The notes under the pieces were generated by a model that saw only the letters and a list, made by a program, of their open reading frames with translations, made no database searches and had not been told where the DNA came from. A DNA stretch of 64,000 bases, from IMG/VR virus record IMGVR_UViG_3300032132_000748; one strand, written 5' to 3'. Origin of the DNA: a virus. Its lineage: Duplodnaviria; Caudoviricetes. Both the position numbers and the translations under genes were made by a program. Below are positions 59,632 through 64,000 of this stretch, in pieces (the stretch's first letter is position 1; each line of letters begins with the position of its first letter).

Positions 59632-60630
59632 ATGAAAAATGATAAGGAGACTCCAATGAAAGTCGATCCAATACTAGATGTCTCGAATGACAGATTTACA
59701 ATGTTCCCAATTAAATACCCGAAGGTATGGGATATATACAAAGACCATGAAGCACTCTTCTGGACCGCAGAAGAAATAGATTTATCTAGTGATATAGCTG
59801 ACTGGCGAAGTTTAAATGACGGTGAACGACATTTTATTAAACATGTTCTCGCCTTCTTTGCGGCAAGTGATGGCATAGTTAATGAAAACTTAGCTATTAA
59901 TTTTTATACAGATGTCCAAATACCAGAAGCTCGTGCATATTATACTATGCAAATGCTTATTGAGACTATTCATAGTGAAACTTATTCACTATTAATAGAT
60001 ACTTACATCAATGATGAAAAAGAAAAACTTCACTTGCTACAAGCAATAGATACGATGCCTATTATTACTAAAAAAGGTGAGTGGGCACTAAGATGGATAT
60101 CCAAAAAAACCACTTTCGCAGAACGGCTTATGGCTTTTGCAGCAGTGGAGGGTATTTTCTTTAGTTCATCTTTCTGTTCAATCTACTGGCTCAAAGATCG
60201 TGGACTAATGCCTGGCCTGAGTTTTAGTAACGAATTAATTAGTAGAGACGAAGGAATTCATACTGATTTTGCTATCTTGTTGCACAACACACTGCAAAAA
60301 GAAAATAGAATTTCAGAGGAAAGAATACAACAAATATTTGGTGAAGCCGCTGAGTTGGAATGTGAGTTTGCAACAGAGGCTCTTCCTGTATCTATGATCG
60401 GGATGAACGAAAAGCAAATGCAACAGTATATCCAGTTTGTGACGGATAGGTTGCTTGTCCAGGCCGGAGCGAGTAAGCTATACAACGTGACTAACCCCTT
60501 TCCTTTCATGGAACGCATCGCACTACAGAACAAAACTAACTTCCATGAGAAGAAGGTGGCTGAGTACCGAAAAGCAGGGGTTGGAAATATGGCGGCTGCT
60601 CAGGAATTGAATTTCGACGAAGATTTCTAG
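59632..60630 (+). CDS. nrdB: ribonucleotide reductase class Ia beta subunit
   Basis: FFAASDGIVNENL, E.IHSETY, EGIFF, SRDEG.H. Confidence 0.97.
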   Translation: MKNDKETPMKVDPILDVSNDRFTMFPIKYPKVWDIYKDHEALFWTAEEIDLSSDIADWRSLNDGERHFIKHVLAFFAASDGIVNENLAINFYTDVQIPEARAYYTMQMLIETIHSETYSLLIDTYINDEKEKLHLLQAIDTMPIITKKGEWALRWISKKTTFAERLMAFAAVEGIFFSSSFCSIYWLKDRGLMPGLSFSNELISRDEGIHTDFAILLHNTLQKENRISEERIQQIFGEAAELECEFATEALPVSMIGMNEKQMQQYIQFVTDRLLVQAGASKLYNVTNPFPFMERIALQNKTNFHEKKVAEYRKAGVGNMAAAQELNFDEDF

Positions 60631-60639
60631 GAGAAAGTA

Positions 60640-60834
60640 ATGTGGAAAGTGTTCAAGAAACATAAGAAAAAATGGACTAAAGTTGAAGAACAAAAACTAC
60701 TTCAATTATTAGACGGATTAGTTGAAGATCTTGAAAAAGACGAAGACGAAGAAGACGAAGAAGATGAGGATAAGGAATGCTCCTGTTCGATTGCCGAGTT
60801 AATGAAAAAGGGGTGTCAATGTGGGGGTGTATGA
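60640..60834 (+). CDS. small protein with C-terminal Cys4 tag, between nrdB and nrdA
   Basis: AGGAG RBS; ends CSCSIAELMKKGCQCGGV. Confidence 0.75.
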   Translation: MWKVFKKHKKKWTKVEEQKLLQLLDGLVEDLEKDEDEEDEEDEDKECSCSIAELMKKGCQCGGV

Positions 60835-60898
60835 AATTATCAACCGTATTTAGTAGAGGACGTAACACGGTACATTAGGTCCGTAGTAAAGAGATAAA

Positions 60899-63421
60899 AT
60901 GCAAATTGTTAAGAGAGACGGGCGACTAGAAGAAGTTAAGCTCGAAAAAATTACTAGAAGAGTTAAAGCACAAACTAAGGGCCTTAAAAATGTGGACGCG
61001 ATGTCCATAGCCACAAAGGTTATTGCAGGATTGTATGACGGGGTTTCAAGCCGAGAACTTGATGATCTGGCCATCAAAACTGCAGCTAATTTAGCTACAA
61101 CACACCCAGACTATGACAAACTAGCCGCGAGATTGTCAGTCAGTGTTCTCCATAAAGAGACAAAAGGCAGTTTTTCAACTGTCATGGAGGATTTATCAAA
61201 AAGAACTGATACTTTTGATAGACCTCGCCCAGCAGTGGGGGAGGATTTCATGAGAGTAGTCCGTAAACACAAAAAAGCTATTGATGCTGAGATTGTTTAT
61301 AAACGAGACTATGAGTTCGACTATTTAGGGCTGCAGACACTTAAGAGATCTTATCTTCAAAAGATTGATGGTCAGATAGTGGAGAGACCGCAGCATATGT
61401 GGATGCGTGTTGCTATAGGAATTCACGGAAAAGATATCGTAGCTGCCCTAGATACCTACGAGAAGCTATCCAAAAAGATGTTTACCCACGCTACTCCAAC
61501 ACTATTTAATGCCGGAACAGCAAAACCCCAGTTAGCCTCATGTTTCCTGCTTCATATGGATGACGACTCGATTGATGGGATCTACAAAACACTAACTGAT
61601 TGTGCAAAAATATCACAATTAGCTGGGGGTATCGGAATCCATATCCATAACATTCGTGCGGCTGGGAGCCCCATTTATGGGACTAACGGAAAAAGTAATG
61701 GCATTGTTCCTATGTTACGAGCGTACAACGCCACAGCAGGATATATAGATCAGGGAGGAGGTAAGCGAAAAGGAAGCTTTGCTGTCTACCTAGAGCCCTG
61801 GCATGCAGATATTTTCGGGTTCTTAGATCTAAAACGTAACCAAGGTAAGGATGAGATGAGAGCAAGAGATTTGTTCTACGGTCTTTGGGTTCCTGATCTC
61901 TTTATGAAGCGTATTAGAGATAATGGAGATTGGACTCTTTTCGATCCAAACACCGCAAAAGGTTTGAGCGATTGTTGGGGCGATGAGTTTGATCATCTAT
62001 ATACGAAATATGAAAGCGAAGGATTGGGAATTCGAACGGTAAAGGCTCAAGATTTATGGAAGAAAATTCTAGAAATTCAAGTCGAAACTTCGATGCCTTA
62101 CATTCTCTACAAAGACGCCTGTAATGGAAAAAGTAATCAACAAAATTTAGGAACCATCAAGTCTTCGAATCTTTGCTCGGAAATAATTCAATATACTTCT
62201 CCTGAAGAAATTGCTGTCTGCAACTTAGCTTCGGTATCCCTACCTAGTTATGTCGAAGGGCAGACCCGCAAAAGATTTAATCACAAAAAACTTTACGAAA
62301 TTGTTAAGACAGTAACGAAAAACCTTAATAAAGTTATCGACGTAAATCATTATCCGTTACCGGAAACTAAAAACAGTAATCTGAAACATCGACCTATAGG
62401 GCTTGGCGTTCAAGGGTTAGCTGACGTTTTCATGAAGATGAGACTATCTTGGGATAGTTTCGAAGCCTTCAAACTTAATCGTGAGATATTTGAAACTATT
62501 TATTTCGCCTCTTTGGAAGCATCAGCAGAAGACGCCGAGAATTTTGGAGTTTACTCTAGCTACGAAGGTAGCCCTGCGAGCCAAGGAAAAATCCAATACG
62601 ACCTGTGGTTCAATAGTCGGGCAGATCGGGGCCTAGAGCTTACAGACTACGAGAAGCAGCTTAGCGGCGACTCTCCGAGGTCAGGAGAGGAACTCTACTG
62701 CACTAGCGGCAGATACGATTGGGGGAGCCTCAAATCCAAAATCCAAAAAACTGGGTTGCGAAATTCCTTAAATTTGAGTTTGATGCCGACAGCGTCTACG
62801 GCAAATATTCTTGGAAATACGGAAGGGTTTGAGCCCATACCCTCCAACATATACAAGAGAAATGTATTATCGGGAGAGTTCGTAAGAATTAATAAGTATC
62901 TTGTAAATGATCTCCAAAAGCTTGATCTTTGGAATCATGAGATGAAACAGAAAATCATTGCAGGAGAGGGTTCGATCCAACACATCGGAGAGATCCCTGA
63001 CGATATTAAAGAGCTGTATCGAACTGTTTGGGAAATTAAGCAGAGGTATATTATCGATCTTTCTGCAGATAGGGGGGCATTCATATGCCAATCCCAATCA
63101 CTAAACATCTATATGGCAAAACCAACCTACGGAAAGCTAACGTCCATGCATTTCTATGGATGGCAGAGAGGTCTTAAGACAGGCTCTTATTACATTAGAC
63201 AGCAGGCCGCGAGACAAGCTCAAAAATTCACTGTTGATCCGAACATAGAAAAGAAGCAGGAAGAGACGCAGACTCAGTTTGAAAACGCTCTAGAGGTTTT
63301 AAGGGAGCGTGACTATACTCAGGCAGAGTTAGATTTGATGTCGGAAGAAGAAATCATTACCCTTGCTAAAGGTAACTGCAATTTAGACGATCCTGAGGAT
63401 TGCATAATGTGTAGTGGGTAA
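60899..63421 (+). CDS. nrdA: ribonucleotide reductase class Ia alpha subunit
   Basis: ATP cone (VKRDG), ATPTLFNAG, SCF, SNLCSEI, CNLAS, MPTAST, KTGSYY, C-terminal CxxC. Confidence 0.97.
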   Translation: MQIVKRDGRLEEVKLEKITRRVKAQTKGLKNVDAMSIATKVIAGLYDGVSSRELDDLAIKTAANLATTHPDYDKLAARLSVSVLHKETKGSFSTVMEDLSKRTDTFDRPRPAVGEDFMRVVRKHKKAIDAEIVYKRDYEFDYLGLQTLKRSYLQKIDGQIVERPQHMWMRVAIGIHGKDIVAALDTYEKLSKKMFTHATPTLFNAGTAKPQLASCFLLHMDDDSIDGIYKTLTDCAKISQLAGGIGIHIHNIRAAGSPIYGTNGKSNGIVPMLRAYNATAGYIDQGGGKRKGSFAVYLEPWHADIFGFLDLKRNQGKDEMRARDLFYGLWVPDLFMKRIRDNGDWTLFDPNTAKGLSDCWGDEFDHLYTKYESEGLGIRTVKAQDLWKKILEIQVETSMPYILYKDACNGKSNQQNLGTIKSSNLCSEIIQYTSPEEIAVCNLASVSLPSYVEGQTRKRFNHKKLYEIVKTVTKNLNKVIDVNHYPLPETKNSNLKHRPIGLGVQGLADVFMKMRLSWDSFEAFKLNREIFETIYFASLEASAEDAENFGVYSSYEGSPASQGKIQYDLWFNSRADRGLELTDYEKQLSGDSPRSGEELYCTSGRYDWGSLKSKIQKTGLRNSLNLSLMPTASTANILGNTEGFEPIPSNIYKRNVLSGEFVRINKYLVNDLQKLDLWNHEMKQKIIAGEGSIQHIGEIPDDIKELYRTVWEIKQRYIIDLSADRGAFICQSQSLNIYMAKPTYGKLTSMHFYGWQRGLKTGSYYIRQQAARQAQKFTVDPNIEKKQEETQTQFENALEVLRERDYTQAELDLMSEEEIITLAKGNCNLDDPEDCIMCSG

Positions 63422-64000
63422 TGACACAATTTGTTAGAGCAGGTACTTTCACCCCAGCCGAGGTTCTACCTTATATACAGGTAGATCTCGGTAAGGGGTC
63501 AAAAGAACGATTAGCTGATCCGAAGGCGTACAAGTTATATTCTGGAAAAAAAGTCTGGATGGCAAGAAAACGGTATAAAGTTTTTGTAGAAAGTACTGTG
63601 TGCTGTGTTTGCGGGATGGAGGGGGAGTTCTTCGCCCTAGAGCAGCAAAAAGAAAAAAAAGACAATCACATCTGGTTTTTTCATTTATATGGAAAAACTG
63701 AGGATGGCAAAGAAATTCTATTTACCCAAGATCACGCCGTCCCTAAATCCAAAGGTGGTAGTAATAGCTTAGATAACTTACAGACTATGTGCAGCCCTTG
63801 TAATAGCACCAAAGGCGATAACATGCCGACTGAGAACGAAAAAAACGGAGTAAGAAAACAAGGAAAAAAACTACCCGCCGCTTTAAGCGTAAGTCGAAAA
63901 GAAGCAGACTGGGCAAGAAAACATCTAACAAAAATAGCGGATAATGACCCAAATAATGCCCACGCCGCTCGATTAGGGTTAAAGTTCGCTAACCTCTTAT
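63421..64000 (+). CDS. HNH endonuclease (3'-truncated; not in ORF track)
   Basis: TAATG-coupled to nrdA; manual translation gives CCVCG...TQDHAVPKSKGGSNSLDNLQTMCSPCNSTKGD, open to the window end. Confidence 0.88.
   Translation, partial: MTQFVRAGTFTPAEVLPYIQVDLGKGSKERLADPKAYKLYSGKKVWMARKRYKVFVESTVCCVCGMEGEFFALEQQKEKKDNHIWFFHLYGKTEDGKEILFTQDHAVPKSKGGSNSLDNLQTMCSPCNSTKGDNMPTENEKNGVRKQGKKLPAALSVSRKEADWARKHLTKIADNDPNNAHAARLGLKFANLL

Noticed and set aside
59632-63421. Eukaryotic giant-virus origin suggested by eukaryote-like RNR and collagen
   Set aside because: SD sequences, sigma70-like promoters, coupled operons, intrinsic terminators and ClpC point to a bacterial host; this RNR type also occurs in bacteria

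Overview
This window is a gene-dense, AT-rich segment of a large prokaryotic DNA virus (bacterial-type promoters and RBSs, many TAATG/ATGA gene overlaps, no tRNA, rRNA or CRISPR seen). Both ends cut through genes. In order it carries: (i) effector-like genes (HExxH peptidase, several GNAT domains), an IscS cysteine desulfurase plus an un-called BFD-like [2Fe-2S] protein, and a capsid-like beta-sandwich protein; (ii) a SNF2 helicase, a frameshifted sulfotransferase, pyrB, MOSC, a macrodomain and many small orphans; (iii) a structural block around a 3072-aa Thr-rich collagen-like fibre; (iv) methyltransferases, SLOG, YhaM, a phosphatase, a glycosyltransferase and ClpC; (v) a replication and metabolism block (SSB-like protein, primase-helicase, HslV-like protease, PD-(D/E)XK nuclease, MoxR+VWA, nrdB/nrdA, HNH). 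Most striking unexplained signals: an invariant 18-residue C-terminal tag CxC-x8-GCxCxGx-stop on six unrelated small proteins; a two-part translation-control grammar (12 genes with a -10 box exactly 6 nt before the start codon, and 5 genes whose SD is locked in a hairpin straddling their own promoter); an intergenic array of five motif+hairpin units; and hints of a tailless, membrane-containing virion. The host is possibly Planctomycetota (inference only). All family assignments are from motif recognition by eye, not database searches.
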